A stretch of 63,663 nt of DNA, counting the filler, from Hyphochytrium catenoides (Eukaryota; Protista; Hyphochytriomycota): NCBI GenBank assembly GCA_900088475.1. It is 6 parts of 6 records of this genome, joined end to end, with 100 filler letters (N's around TTAATTAATTAA, not from the genome) between each part and the next. Parts side by side here need not be neighbours in the genome. Positions count along the whole stretch, not along the records: positions 1 to 18,997 come from FLMG01002318.1; positions 19,098 to 27,108 come from FLMG01001697.1; 4 more parts are not named here. One strand, 5' to 3'. Numbering within the stretch: position 1 is the stretch's first letter; each line of letters begins with the position of its first letter. The position numbers and the translations under genes were made by a program. This document shows, piece by piece, positions 12,337-25,420 of this stretch. The notes beneath the pieces were generated by a model. It saw only the letters and a list, made by a program, of their open reading frames with translations. It was not told where the DNA came from and ran no database searches.

Positions 12337-13535
12337 AAAACTTTTTGACCCTCACAGCTCACAGTACGAGTAGAATTAACTTTATCCGTCCTGGAGAAGG
12401 TCTGGAGCTGGTCCCAAGAATCATCAGCTGATCTTCTGTAGTGTTCTGTTCTGACCTGCCAAAAAGGGGCGGATTTGTTATATATCCATATGTGAGGACA
12501 TCGGTCCATATAAAGAGGTTTTGCGATCTTTCTTATGTTTGAGGAAAATGAATCTTCAACAAGAGAGAAAAAGTGTGAGAGAGAGAGAATGAAAGAGAGA
12601 GAGTGACAAGTGAGAGAGAGTGGAAAAGAGAGACAGTGAAAGAGAGAGAGAGAAAAAGAGAGAGAGACAGAGCGAAAGAGCGATAGAGTGAAAAAGAGAG
12701 AGAGTAAAACAGAGCGTGAGTGAAACAGAGAGAGAGACAGAGCGGGAAAGAGAGAGAGAGAGAAAGTGAAAGAGAGAGAGACAGGGAGACAGAGGAAGAG
12801 GTTGAGGGAAATAGAGGGCAAGGGAGAAAGAGAGAGTGGGAGCGGGAGGGAGAGAGAGAAGAAATTGTCAAACAGGGAGCAGGAAAGGTCATTTTCATTG
12901 AAATCCCATTGCCGCGTTCATTCTTCTTCTTCTGCTCTTGGAATCAGCTCCGCGGCGTCACAGACTTGACAAGGTTCCCGCAGAAGAGAGACGACCGCGA
13001 CCGAAACGGTAAGCTCATGCAATCCTGGAGAGAGAGAGANNNNNNNNNNNNNNNNNNNNNNNNNNNNNNAGAGAGAGAGAGAGAGAGAGAGAAACCTTTG
13101 AGACGGTGATGAGACTAAAGATGTTTTAGGAAGGGAGAGGAGAGAGAAAGGCAGAGAGAGAAAAGAGAAAAAGAGAGAGAGAGTGACGGAGAGTAGAAGA
13201 AAGTCCTAGGTGAATGAACGGCGTGGGGTTGTCTTCCCGCTACAGAGTGTCGCGTCTGTTACATCTTCTTCTCTCTCTTGGTGGCATTCAAAACCTGACT
13301 CTCTTTCTTCCCTCTCTCGTGTCCGGTCTTTCGGTTCTCTCATTTCTTCTTTCTCCCTCTTTAAATCTCTCTCTCTTCTTCTGTCACTTTCTTTATCATT
13401 CTCTCTCTCTTCTTCTTCGTGATACCTCTCTTTTCCCTCCCGTCCTGCCAGAGTTCAGAAGCAGCTTCGAGACAAGAAAGAGTGAGAAAGGGAGAGAGAA
13501 AGGAAAAAAGAAAGAAAGAGAAGAGAGGGAGAAAG

Positions 13536-14236
13536 ATGTTGGGTCGTGTTCGAATTACCAGTAACCCGCGGAGTCAATGGGCAGGACTCGTATCAGTTGC
13601 CAGTGTGATGTTCGGCGTCATCCTTCTTCTCTCTCTCGCCCATAACAGTGAGAAACACACTATCTTCCGTAGAATAGCGGGAGGAGACGAGTACGATCTC
13701 TCTCTCTCTCGTCCTGGCTCCCGCTCTCCCTCTCGCTCGGCACACGCGCACGCAGGGATGGAAGAGGAGACAGAGAGAAAGGGAAGTCGCGCCTCTCCAC
13801 GGTCCTCTTCCTCTTCACATTCTTCCATAGAAGAGGGGGAGGAAGGCTGGGGACCTTCCCCTCTCTGGCAGCTGGCCAGAGAAAAGAAAGAGAAAGAGAA
13901 GGTGGACGTCAGAGTCTATTTTGAGTCCCTTTGGTGAGAGTCTCAACCCATATTCTTCACTGTCCACCTATTTCGTACTCTCTCTCTGTCTCTGTTTATG
14001 CTTTTCAAATTCCCCCTGTCTCTCTCTCGCTCTCATTTCTCTTTGCAATCAACACATTTCCTGCCACGCTACCTCTCTCTTTCTCTCTCTCTCTTTCTTT
14101 CTCTCTGTTTCTCTCTCTCTCCTTCTCTCGCATTTTTTTATTTCTTAGTTAAGCTCTTCAACCTCAATAGCTGAGTGCACTAGTGGTTACAATATCTCTC
14201 TTTTTCTTTCTCTCTTCTCTCTCCTTCCTCTCTCTT

Positions 14237-14273
<37 letters not shown>

Positions 14274-14873
14274 TTCTCTCATTTGCACAAACAATTTCTC
14301 TGTCGCCTGTTCGGCCACTTACGTGCAGCCCTGGATGTCGTGAGTTTATCATCGGCCCTCTAGAGGAAGCTGTGGAGGACGACGAGTAAGCCATATCTCC
14401 TCTCTCTCTCTCTCCTCTTTTCTCCCTCTCTCTCTTACGGTCATTGCCTCTCACTTCTTTTCTCTCTCCTCCTTTCTCCCTCTCTCTCTCTTTCGGTCAT
14501 TGCCTCTCACTTCTTCTCTGTCCTCGTACTCCCTCCAATTGCCAATATCTATCTCTACTTAACGGCCACAGTTGCCAAACTCTATAGCCTGCCTTGTCCT
14601 TGCGTACTAACGTGTATTTGCTCTCTCTCTCTCTCTCTCTTTACCCCCCTCCTCCGCCCTCTGTCTCTCTCTCCGCTCTTATACTCACTCTCTCACTTTC
14701 ATATTCTCTCTCCGGGTCTCTGTATGGCTACTGTGTCCCTCTGTCGCTCTCTCTCTCTGTCTTTCTCCCGTCTCCACTCCATTCTCACACTCTCTGTTCT
14801 TTTGTAATGCCCATGTAGGTTAAATGCTATTTTCAACCTCACGTAAGAAGGCTTGGTGACTGCCTACATGACC

Positions 14874-14918
<45 letters not shown>

Positions 14919-15223
14919 CTTCAAGTGTCTCCTATGTTTGTGTCTTAAGACAAAAGCAACTCTCTTCTCTCCTCCGCGAATTAAAACCCTGAAAACCCGC
15001 TCTCTCTTTGGGCCCTTTGTCATGTCTCTTTCTAGCTGAGGCTCCTCTCTCTGTTTTTGTCTTCTCCTCTCCCTCTTTCTCAATTAAGTCTCGTTCTCAA
15101 TTCAGTCTGCGTTATTTCGCCCCTTGTCTTCCTCTCTCTCTCCTCCCTCTCTCTCGCTGTCTCTCCGTGTATCTCTCTCTCTTCCTCTCTCTGTGTATTT
15201 CTTTCTCTCTCTCTATCTTTTTC

Positions 15224-15289
<66 letters not shown>

Positions 15290-15583
15290 GGATGGTTCCT
15301 TATGGTAACGCTGTGGTAGCAAAGAACGGGACAATTATCTGTCAGCACGGACCCAAAGAATGCGAAGGAAACAAGTGGGAAGCCTGTCAGTACCAACTTT
15401 TTCTCCCTGTCTCTCTTTCTTTCTCTCTCTCCTTAAGCATTCTGTGTATTCGTTTCCTGTTGTCGTCTTCTGTATCTCTTACATTTTCGTTATCTTTCTC
15501 CTTTCTGTGCTCTTGCTCCGGGGGACGAGATTGGTCTCTTCTGAGGCTTGGCCTCCATGCTTTAGGGTATTCCCCTTTCACTT

Positions 15584-15632
<49 letters not shown>

Positions 15633-16515
15633 TCTCTCCCCCCCTCACTTTTGTCTTTCTCTCTTACATTCTGTTTCCCCACCCTTGCTTTGGCTTTCTT
15701 TCTGCCACTCACAAGCTTGCATCCTTTATCACTGCAGGCGCTATCCATCACTACCCCAAGACCAGCGAATACTTTCCGTTCATCGATGTAAGGCCGTCTC
15801 TCCTTTTCTCTCTCTCTCTCTCGCTCGGTCGCACTGTCTCTCTCTCTCCTTCTCTGTTTCGCTGTCACTCACTCAACGTTCTGCACGCTCGTTGACTCTT
15901 TTCCTTTCTCTCTCGTCACTCAGTACCGCTCCCATTTAGAGAAGTTTCTCGCTAAATCTGTCTCTTTCGCACTTTCTTCATCTCTGAGAAGCATCTCACT
16001 CTATTCCCTTCTCATCTGTGACTGTCTGTTTTTCTCTCTCTCTCTCTCTCTCTAATACTCAAAAGCGGGCTCTCTCTCTCTCTCTCTCTTTCTTTCTCCA
16101 TAGTGTGTGGAGAAGAGAAATGGAGAGTCTCTCTCTGTTGGCTGGGAGTCTGTCGTCCAGTACTGCGCCGCACCTCACAACATTGACAAGAACGAGCTCA
16201 AGCGCTGCATGCAGAGCGGAGAGGCAGACACTCTCATCCAACAGGTCTCTCTCTCTCTCTCCCCTTTCTTGACGCTATTATCTCTGTAGAATGGACATCC
16301 TCACTACCCTGGGTTGTCTTCTCTCTCTCTCTCTTTCTATATCTTTTGTTTGGAAATCGCTCCTTATCTCGTTAGCTGTTTTCTCTCTCATTTCTCCGCT
16401 GCCTTTCTCTCTCTCTCCCTCCATGTCTATCCTTGCATGCAGGCGAGAAAGGCCACTCCAAAGCATAAATACGTACCATGGGTAAGCCATTCAATCTTTA
16501 GATCATTTCATTACC

Positions 16516-16590
<75 letters not shown>

Positions 16591-17064
16591 GAGGATCTAA
16601 CGAAAGGGCGGAGAAAGGGGAGGGGGATGCGCCTATTAATCGCAGAGAAAGAGAGAGATGGAAGAGCGGACGGACCCGTAAGAGGCGATGTCTACAAACA
16701 ATTTGAGGCAATCGCTTGGGGAGAGAGAAGAGAGAGAGCGAGAAGGATGGAACCCAAAAGAGGGATGAAGAGGCCAAGAGAGAGAGAGAGAGAGAAAGAG
16801 CCAACGGAGGCTAGGTGTCTGAGAACTTTTCCCACTGCAGGTTCTGATCAATGGAGAACTCGCTGATTTGAACAAAGATCTCGGGAAGCAGATCTGCGAG
16901 GCATACGACGGAAAGGACAAGGTGTCGTGTCCTTTCTTCTCTCTGTCTGTCTCTCTCTTTCTCTCTCCTCTAATGAGAATAACATTTCTCCTACGCAATC
17001 TTCTCCACCGCGGAAAGCTCTTTAGTGTCTCGACTTCAAGAGCCGAACTGAAAGGATCTGACTC

Positions 17065-17112
<48 letters not shown>

Positions 17113-17246
17113 CTTTTTCTCTCTTTGCGTCTTTGTATGCCTCTTCTTTTCTCTCTTCTCTCCCACACTGAACATAGCCAAAGAGCTGTCGCTCCTCCCA
17201 GATCTCTCTCTCTCTCTTTGACGCCGGCCTTCAGGAGACAGTCTAA
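13536..17246 (+). CDS. Gamma-interferon-inducible lysosomal thiol reductase (GILT/IFI30 family), multi-exon
   Basis: Exons 13536-13933, 14329-14385, 14819-14842, 15291-15385, 15738-15787, 16104-16244, 16443-16481, 16841-16921, 17178-17246. Motifs YFESLCPGC (CxxC), VPYGNA, CQHGPKECEGNKWEAC, YVPWVLING and ICEAY...PKSC, plus an N-terminal signal-anchor. Confidence 0.92.
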
Positions 17247-18131
17247 AGGTTATCCACTCTCTCTTCTTCTCCTCCAAGAGAGTGAGAAGAGGACGACGAG
17301 GGAGGGAAGAATGGAGTTGATCGAGGAGCAGGAGAGACTCCCCTCTCCACTTGGGCAGCAAGACGATTGATGAGAGCCGTGAGCATATCGTTCCCGCCTG
17401 TGAGTGAATGTGAGAGTGAGAGAGAAAGAGAGAGAGAGAGAAAAAAAAAGAGAGAGAGAGAAAGAGAGAGAAAGAGAGAGGGAAATCACGTGGAAGACAA
17501 GAGAAAGTTATAATGAGAACAGGTTAAGAGTGAAGTGAGAAGGGCAGAGACTGCAACCAAGAGACATTGGCACAGGAAGCAAACAACAGGCAAGGCCTAA
17601 CTACAGAGGAAGAGAGAGCGAGAGCGAAGGAGAGAGAGAGAGAGAGAGAGAGAGAAAGGTACATAAATAATATAAGGCCAAGAGGAATAACAGAGGATCC
17701 AACCTAGAGCAGTGATCTGGGCCAAAATTTTCTCTTTCACCTCGCGCAGCTTCCGCCGCGTGTAGTTAAATGAGTCCTTTTCAGAAAGGAGGAAGAGAAA
17801 GAGAGTGTGGNNNNNNNNNNNNNNNACTGGACTGCATATCTCTTGATCTCTGGATCCTCTGTCTTCTGTCTCAGGATGTTCAACAGGCGGCTGTCGGAGG
17901 GTCGGGAAACAATCGAATGGATGATCGGAAAGGAGAACTTTCCTAAGAAAGAGAGAGACAGAGAGAGAGAGAAAGAACTTTCAGTAGAGACCAAATATGA
18001 GCTCTCTTCCTCTTTTATATCCTCTCTCTTCTCTTCTCTCTCCCTCTGGGTCAGACGACATACACCCTTTCGCGTCCTCTGTCCTTTCATTCTTTCTCTC
18101 TCATTCTTCCTCCCTCATTCTATCCCCCTCA

Positions 18132-18174
<43 letters not shown>

Positions 18175-18271
18175 NNNNNNNNGGGAATGTAGTCCCCACC
18201 ATCGCTGCTGAAAGCCTGCAGGAGACGGACCGCCAGACGGAAGAGACCACCAGTCTCTGCACAGAGACAGA

Positions 18272-18319
<48 letters not shown>

Positions 18320-18962
18320 AAGAGATGCAGAGTGACAAAGGGCGAGAACGGTCATAGGCCATTAGGGGACAGGAGAGAGGATCAAGGAGAGTGTATTTGT
18401 GCGTATGCAGAGAAAGAAGCGAAGAAAATGGGAAACAAGAGGAGAGAGAACAGAAAGAGAGAGAAAGGGAAGGCGAGCGTCAGAGATAGGAACAATGAGG
18501 AGTGAAGAAGAGAGATCAGCGGTAAGTAAGAGAATCAGAGGATAAATAGAGAAGCGAAAAAAAGGGAGAGAGAGAGAAGAGAAGAGAAGAGAAGAGAGAG
18601 AGAGAGCGAGGACACTGTCACTGCACTTACTGTCTATGATCATGAAGAGGATCAGAGGAGAAATCGAGGAGCGAAAGAAAAGAGAGAGAGAGAGAGAGAC
18701 GAGAGAGAGAAAGAGAGAGCGAGGACACCGTCACTGCACTTACTGTCTATGACCATGTCCGTATATTCCTCTTCTGTGGGGCATCTCCCTCTGTCTCTCC
18801 ACAGAATATCAAGGCCTTGGCCCTTGTGAAGAGAGAGAAGCTCCGAGACAAACGCGTCTATCGCCTGTTTGCTCCCCAGCCGATGGCAGTCTTCTAATGC
18901 CAAGAATGTCACATAATTCGCAGTGTTAATCGTCGATGGCGTGCCATAGATTGTGTGGGTCA
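17243..18962 (-). CDS. Geranylgeranyl diphosphate synthase (GGPS1/BTS1 type), 3' part; 5' exons lost in the gap
   Basis: Exons 18962-18744, 18256-~18182, 17942-~17827, 17776-17704, 17397-17243. Motifs [62 protein letters not shown] and SFNYTR. Confidence 0.92.
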
Positions 18963-19694
18963 CTGTTGGTGGCGGGAGAGAGAGAGAGAGAGAGAGANNN
19001 NNNNNNNNNNNNNNNNNNNNNNNNNNNNNNNNNNNNNNNNNTTAATTAATTAANNNNNNNNNNNNNNNNNNNNNNNNNNNNNNNNNNNNNNNNNNNNCTC
19101 TCTCTCTCTCTCTCTTTTTCCTCGCTTATCTCTCTCTTCTCTCCTCTCTCTTCTCTCTCTTCTCTCTCTCTCTCCTCTTTCTCTCTCTCTCTCTCTTTCG
19201 CTCTCTCTCTCTCTCTCTTTCTCCCCCTTTTCTCTTCTTTCATCCTCCTGTTCCTGCTATTCTCTTCCGTCAAACGTCTGCCTGCCTGCAGCTCCCTCTC
19301 TCTTCCTGTCCAGTATTCTTCCCTCTCTGCCTTTTGCGTCATTCACTTTCATGTACACAGAGCTCATTAGTACGCCGTCTCAGCCGTCCTCGATACCTCC
19401 TCAAGTTCCCTGCTTGTCCTGCAATACTCTCCTCTCAATCTAATACGACTGAACAAACAGTAAACAATGTTGCCTAGCTTCCCTCCGTGATGGTGTTCCA
19501 GTCGAAAAGCTCTCCCTTCGAGCTCTCATTCCATCATCTGGCATCTGCCTTTCTCCTTCTTGACCACTCTTCTATCTCCTAGCCAAGTTTAACACAGTGA
19601 ACCTCTTGCTCTCTCTCTCAGTTAGCGCCGCTTTAAAGGCTCTTTATTCTTCACCCTTTGGACGGCTCCATACTACTGTGTCAATGCGTTTTAA

Positions 19695-19754
19695 CTCTTC
19701 CTCTAATTAGCTCTTCCTCTAATTAGCTCTTCCTCTAATTAGCTCTTCCTCTAA
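19695..19754. repeat. 16-bp tandem repeat (ctcttcctctaattag), ~3.7 copies
   Basis: Read directly from the sequence. Confidence 0.9.
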
Positions 19755-22700
19755 CCCTCTCTCAAGTTGTTGTCTCCACGTCTGCATTTTCCTTTCCTTG
19801 CCCTCCTTTTCGTGTGTCTCTATTAGCTTAGTGGCTAGGATATCTCCTTCTCCCCAGTTTTCCTGACAAGACCGCCCCCTCCTTCTTTCCTTCTTGCCAT
19901 GGTCGCCGCTTTATAAATGGGTTCATTGATACCTTTGTTGCCACCGCTCCCGGTTGCTTCTGCTTTAATTGGCCTCTTGCCTCCACTCTCTGTCTCTTCT
20001 ACTACTCTCTCTCTCTGCTGGCGATACTCGGGGCTGTTCATCTTCTCACTTCTGCTCTAACCTTTCCCACCTCCCCCTTTTCCTATCTTCCAACTCCCTC
20101 ATTATCTCTTCATTGTTGACAGCCATCATGTTCTTTTGCTTGCGATATTATGATGATGATTTAGGTGAGGTGCCGGGCAGAACTCTAAGCAACGGAAGAT
20201 CCAAAGAGAAACGAACAGACCAAGGAATGGGAGGAAATGCTGCTACTACGTGTAGGAGAGCTTCGCAAGCAGAAGAGCAGAGGGGCCTGAAAAGACACTT
20301 ACAACAGAAGGCTACACGCTTCTTGCTGACGCCTCTGGCAGAGTCCAGCCCAAAACCTGTTTTCTTCTCCTTCTTTTTTGATATTTACTCCATTCTCTTC
20401 AGGGGAACAAAGAAATAGACGGAACGCAGCAACAAGGAGCACAGATATGTATGGCCTATCAATGAACAACCAGTATTTTATCAGCCGATAGCTCCGTAAC
20501 AGCGGCTCCTTCCGTGCCAGTGGCCACCGTTGTCTCTGATGTCCTGATCATTTAACTGGACTAGTAATCGATCCGTACAAAGAAGATGCCCGGTCAGTAG
20601 CTTCTTCTTGTTTGGGCAGAGCCATCATATCTTGGGAACGCCTCTCTACCCTCAGAGGCGGCCGAGAAGTTAGGGAGATGGAAGAACTTCCCAGCAGATA
20701 GACCTCATTAAGGCAGTATGGTGAGGGACGAAAGAATTGAAGGGCAGAGGCGATTCTGGCAGAAGAAAGAGAAAGGACGGGAGATTGGCTGTAAGCTGCT
20801 ATCAGGGAGGCCGAAAGAAGTCTGTCCTGTCGAAGAAGTTGTCGGGCAAAGGGATGGCAGATCGAGACCCTTACAAGAGAGAAGCTCAGCAGGATCTCTT
20901 CTCTTTTGACAAAGACAAAGTCCGGGAGGAGAGAGTTTAGCTTTTCTTCTCAAATGAGAAGATATCGTCTCTCCTCTTTCTCTGGAGGATGAGGCACCTC
21001 TTGCTCTTCCGACAGCAGTCTCGCCGAAGAGACACTGTACTGCTGCCTCTCTCCCTCTTTTTGTACCTCTCTCTATATCTCTATGGTCTCGTTCATGGTC
21101 TGTTCCTTGACGTCTTATTTTATCCTCCCCCTTAACCCCTATAATAATATTATGACAAACAAGACCGAAGCGACAATATCCCTTTGCTCCAGAAACCCCA
21201 AAGCGAAAGAAAACTACAGGCAGAGAGAGAACTTGACGATGGACTCTCTCCTCTAATCTCTCTTTCTCTCTCTTTCCCTTTTTGCCTCTTCTCTCTCTCA
21301 CTCTCTCTGTCTCTCCTCCCTCTCTCTCTCTCTCTCTCTGTCTCTCTCTGTGTCTCTCTCCTCGCTCTCTCTCTCGCGCGCGCTCTATCTCTTACCTCTG
21401 TTTCTCCTTCTCTCTCTCTCCTCCTCGGTCCCTCTCTCTCTATTCTCTTACCTCTGCCTCGCTTGACAAGCTGCATTATGGCCCTACATCTCATTTACTT
21501 CCTTCACTAGTCTCAATAGTATCTCTCTAGCTGGAGAGACGCGACGGTGGCAGATAACGCTGGAGCTTCCTCTTTCTTCGTCTCCCCTTCAGAAGTCACT
21601 TCCTGAGCGCAGGACAAAAAATGAGAAACCGGGCACCAGAGAGAGAGAGACAGCGAGAGAGATGTATAAAGAGAAAGAGTTGTTAGGCAGTGAGAACAGG
21701 ACTCAGTGAAGTAGATAGAGGAGCTTGTACAATGAAAAAGAGAGACATAGAGAGAGGAGAAAGGGTTTGCCGATGGGAAGACCTTTAGTCCTTCGGCATT
21801 GAGTAAGAAGAAAAGACACTGAGAAGAGAGAGAGAGTGTATGTCAACCGGCAGAGAGAGTCCGATCAAGCGGAGTCTTCTCTGTACGACAAACCAAAGTA
21901 CGGTCAAGAAAACCCTTCTCTCTCTCTTCTTCTTTCCCCTTCTTCCTCCCCTTCTTCTTCTCCTTTCTCCTTCACCAGGAGAGAGAGTCAACAAAGAGAG
22001 AGAAAAAAAGGGAGATCTGGATGCTCAGCTTGCAATGCTGACATGGAGCAAGATGCAGAACCATAGTCAGAGCAGGCAGACGATCGAACTCCTTCTGTCA
22101 GACGCTGAAGCACCAGGATGTAGAGCTCCGCAAGGCGCAGAATGAAGCGAGAGATAGAGAGAAATGGATAGAGAAAATTTTGAGGAGGAACTTTGTAAGC
22201 CTCTGACCTCTGACTTTTTCTTGGTGTCTCTCTCTCTCTGACTTTCTCTCTTTCTCTTCCTCTCTTCCTTTCTTTCTTACTATCACCGTCTCTCTTTCAT
22301 TCTCCTCTACCCTTACCTGTGTTGAGAACCCTTTTCTTCTGGGGTCTCTATAGCAAGGAATATTCTTCTTCTTGATTCCTTGTCCTACTTTCTTTCTTAT
22401 GATTTCTCTAGAAATTTGTTCTTGCTTCCTGAATATTCTTCTCTTTCCGACTTTACTTCTTCCCTTCCTTCTGGCCACCAATTTATTGCCGATTCTCTTG
22501 TCTGAGACGATGGATCCCTTGGTGACCATTCGATCATTTCCAAACACTCTCTACTCTCTCCCGCCGCTAAGAGCATTCCTCTCTGCTTTCCCTCTTCCAT
22601 GTCACTCTTATAGCTTTGCATACTTAGGCTTTATAGGACTTAGGGATCATTAGTTCATTGAGCTCTGCTCGAGCTCATAATCTTCATTAATCTCATTCTG

Positions 22701-22991
22701 CTATTTGCACCATAACGAAGAAGAGCTTCCAACCAACTCTGCCATCTCATCAACCTGTCTCTCTTTTCTCTCTCCTCTCTTCCGCTAGACCTTTCACCGA
22801 TCACTTTCTCTCTCCCTCCTCCTTGCGATTCCTTCTTCCCTTATCTCTTTCTTCCTCTCGCCTAGAAGGCCTAACTTGTGTCTCCTTCCTGCCTGTCCTT
22901 ATACTCCATCCCTCTTCCTCTCTTGCTCTCCTCCCTTTTGCTATCTCTTCGTCTCGTTCCTCCTTGCTTCTTCCCCCCTCATCTTCTTCTT

Positions 22992-23049
<58 letters not shown>

Positions 23050-24651
23050 CTCTCTCAATCTCTCCTTATTCTTTTTCTCTCTCTTTGTTGTTTTTTCTCT
23101 CGTCTTCTCTCTCGCTCTCACCTCATCGCTTTTCCCGCCGTCTCTTTGTATCTGTAGCTGGGCTCTTCTTACCTTGAAGATCTGAAAGAGAGACAACGGC
23201 AGACCATGAGAAGGGCGCGAGAGGATCTCAAGAAGCATAAAAAATGATCAAGAGCTTAGAAGACTCTCTTTTTTTCGAGAGAGGACAGAGCTAGGAAAAG
23301 AAAAAAGGCTTACAAGGAAAAAAAGAGCCAAGTCCGATCTTCGCTGTACAATTCTATGGATGCAGGCGGAAAAGTGAGGTTGCCATCTCTTGGAAGCTTG
23401 ACAAAGATAGTTGCCGGTGAGTTCTCTCTCTCTCTTTCCTCTCCATCCCCCTGCTTCCTTTCTCTCTAACTTTGATCTCTCTGCTTCTTTCTCTCTAACT
23501 TTTGTGTCGACCTTCTTTTACCCTCGTCGCATCTCCTTCCTCTCTTCTCCTCGGAGTCAAGTACTTCTCCAATTCTCTCTCTTTACTTCTCTCTCCTATG
23601 CTCTGTCTCTGTTGCGCTTTTCTCTCTGCCTCTCTCCTTCGCCCTTTCATCAAATGAAGCTTGTCACTTGGACCCTGTTCTTTTCTCTCTTTCTGTGGTT
23701 CCTTCCCCTTCCTTCCAATCTTATCACTCTTCTTTATCCCGACTCAACTGTGCACTTCTTCGTTCTCCTCGCCAACCTGCATTGCTCTTCACTACTGATT
23801 TCCTGCTATCTCTCCCCACGTTCCGTTGGGCAGCAGCTTCTCCGAATCGCTTAACGCCTGTTCCCCAACTAAGATTCATTTGCGCCGAGTGAAGGAGATG
23901 TGCGCGCAGTTCAGCAGCAGCCAGCCACGTTAGATATGTGAGAGAAAAAGAAAGAGGGTGAAGAGAACCATGAGGCCTAGAAGGAATTAGCTCATCAATA
24001 TGTCTTTCTTTTACTTCTTCTCTCTCTCTCTCTCTCTCTCTCCTTCTTCTCTGTCCCTTTCCCCGTCGCTCTATCCACCCCTCAGTTTTGCTCTCTCACT
24101 CTCTCTTGAGACCTGCCTCAGTCTCACATGTTATAACAGTGCGAGAATTATCCCGGCACGCAGTCAGCAGCGAGTGGACCCTTTTCCTTCCTCTTTTCCT
24201 TTCTCCTGCCTCGAGAGTGTTACGACCTACTCTTTCTCTTCACCCCTTATGCCTTCTTTTTTCTCTCTTTCCTTTCTCAATTAGCTTGCCCTTGCTGTTC
24301 ATAGGGTTCTCTAAGTATCTAGGTAAAGCACTCTCTCTGAAGGAAAATCGCTTTGAGTAGTTTCCGCGACGGTCTTCTGCTTGTTTGCCTGCATTGTGGT
24401 GTGGTCAGTCAACCTATCCGGATAACGGACCCCACAAAGGCCTTCTTTTTCTCGTGGTTACAATCCTTATCAGGGTGTGGACCTACTCAGGTGGCCTATT
24501 GGGGTGCCACTGTAGGTCGGTATGAAGCTGGCGCCTGGAAGGTTCCTAGGATGGCATCTAGGTTATCAAGTTTGAGGCTGACGCCGTTGTTGATTTCTAA
24601 GGCGGGTAAAGGCTATTTCTAAAGCTGGGACGTATGGTGGCACCTACACTA

Positions 24652-24725
24652 CCAGCACCTTGTAACCGAATTCACTAAGCTTAGGGTTAGGCCAGCCAGC
24701 ACCTTGTAACCGAATTCACTAAGCT
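24652..24725. repeat. 30-bp exact direct repeat flanking a TTAGGGTTAG telomere-like seed
   Basis: ccagcaccttgtaaccgaattcactaagct occurs at 24652-24681 and 24696-24725; the spacer is tagggttaggccag. Confidence 0.85.
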
Positions 24726-25314
24726 AGCAAATATATCGGCCACCTAGTTGTTCCACCAAGCAGCATGAGGGGCAGTAATATAAGATGGCGTTTAGACAGG
24801 TTAATTAAGTTTGCATCCTGGCACGACGTAGACTGGCACAAAAACTAGCAGGGCATATCTTATCATGACAGCTCTGATGGCAACTCAGGCTGGCACCTAC
24901 TAGGCTTTCACCTAACATGGTGAAACAGAGTATCATCTAGCCGGTAGCAGGGCTCGCACTATGTTTACACCTAAGGATGACCTCAGGGTAAAGGTCCTCA
25001 TCCTTGTCCCCTTCCCCAACCAAGGAAGAGAGCATGCTCCATGGGTCAGCTTCCGCCTTCTCCTCCCTACTATAGCTGAGCGCTTTTCTCTGGAACTTGA
25101 TGAATGATTAGTTGTTAGCACCACGAAGCTTCACTAACAAATGTCTATCTAAGCTCATCACTGAGCTCCTCAAGAAGAAGTCCTTCACAAAGAGAGAGAC
25201 CAGAAGAGAGACACAAGAAAAGAGCAGGAGGACAAGATAGAAAGTGCCCTAAAGAACCTATCCTCAATCGTCCACTCAGTCCAGGAGCAAGCCAGTTCCT
25301 TCATCGTGTCCACG

Positions 25315-25420
25315 AGCTTGCAGCCACAGGTGCCCAAGAGATGCTGCTGCAATAAGTTCAGCACCATAGCTTGCAGCCACAGATGCCCAAGAGATGCTGC
25401 TGCAATAAGTTCAGCCCCAT
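25315..25420. repeat. 53-bp tandem duplication
   Basis: agcttgcagccacaggtgcccaagagatgctgctgcaataagttcagcaccat occurs twice, with two mismatches. Confidence 0.9.

Noticed and set aside
12340-13030. Minus-strand peptide KPLYMDRCPHIWIYNKSA, faintly like an SP-RING/NSE2 zinc finger
   Set aside because: Too few ligands, no coherent exon chain, and the ORF runs into the tRNA antisense. At best an unidentifiable relic.
17250-17370. Plus-strand ORF tail (...LGQQDD*) as an alternative GILT C-terminus
   Set aside because: It is the antisense of the last GGPPS exon, and the PKSC-containing frame stops at 17246.
19042-19053. Palindromic TTAATTAATTAA, also at 27153, 45933, 54721 and 58589
   Set aside because: Always centred in a 100-bp N gap and has stops in all six frames. 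It is an artificial scaffolding linker, not biology, and it makes cross-gap neighbourhoods uncertain.
19800-24350. Exon-like fragments, including ankyrin-like LEALLRYGAN (~22700, minus strand) and coiled-coil-like pieces
   Set aside because: Stop-riddled, and no consistent gene model or family could be supported.
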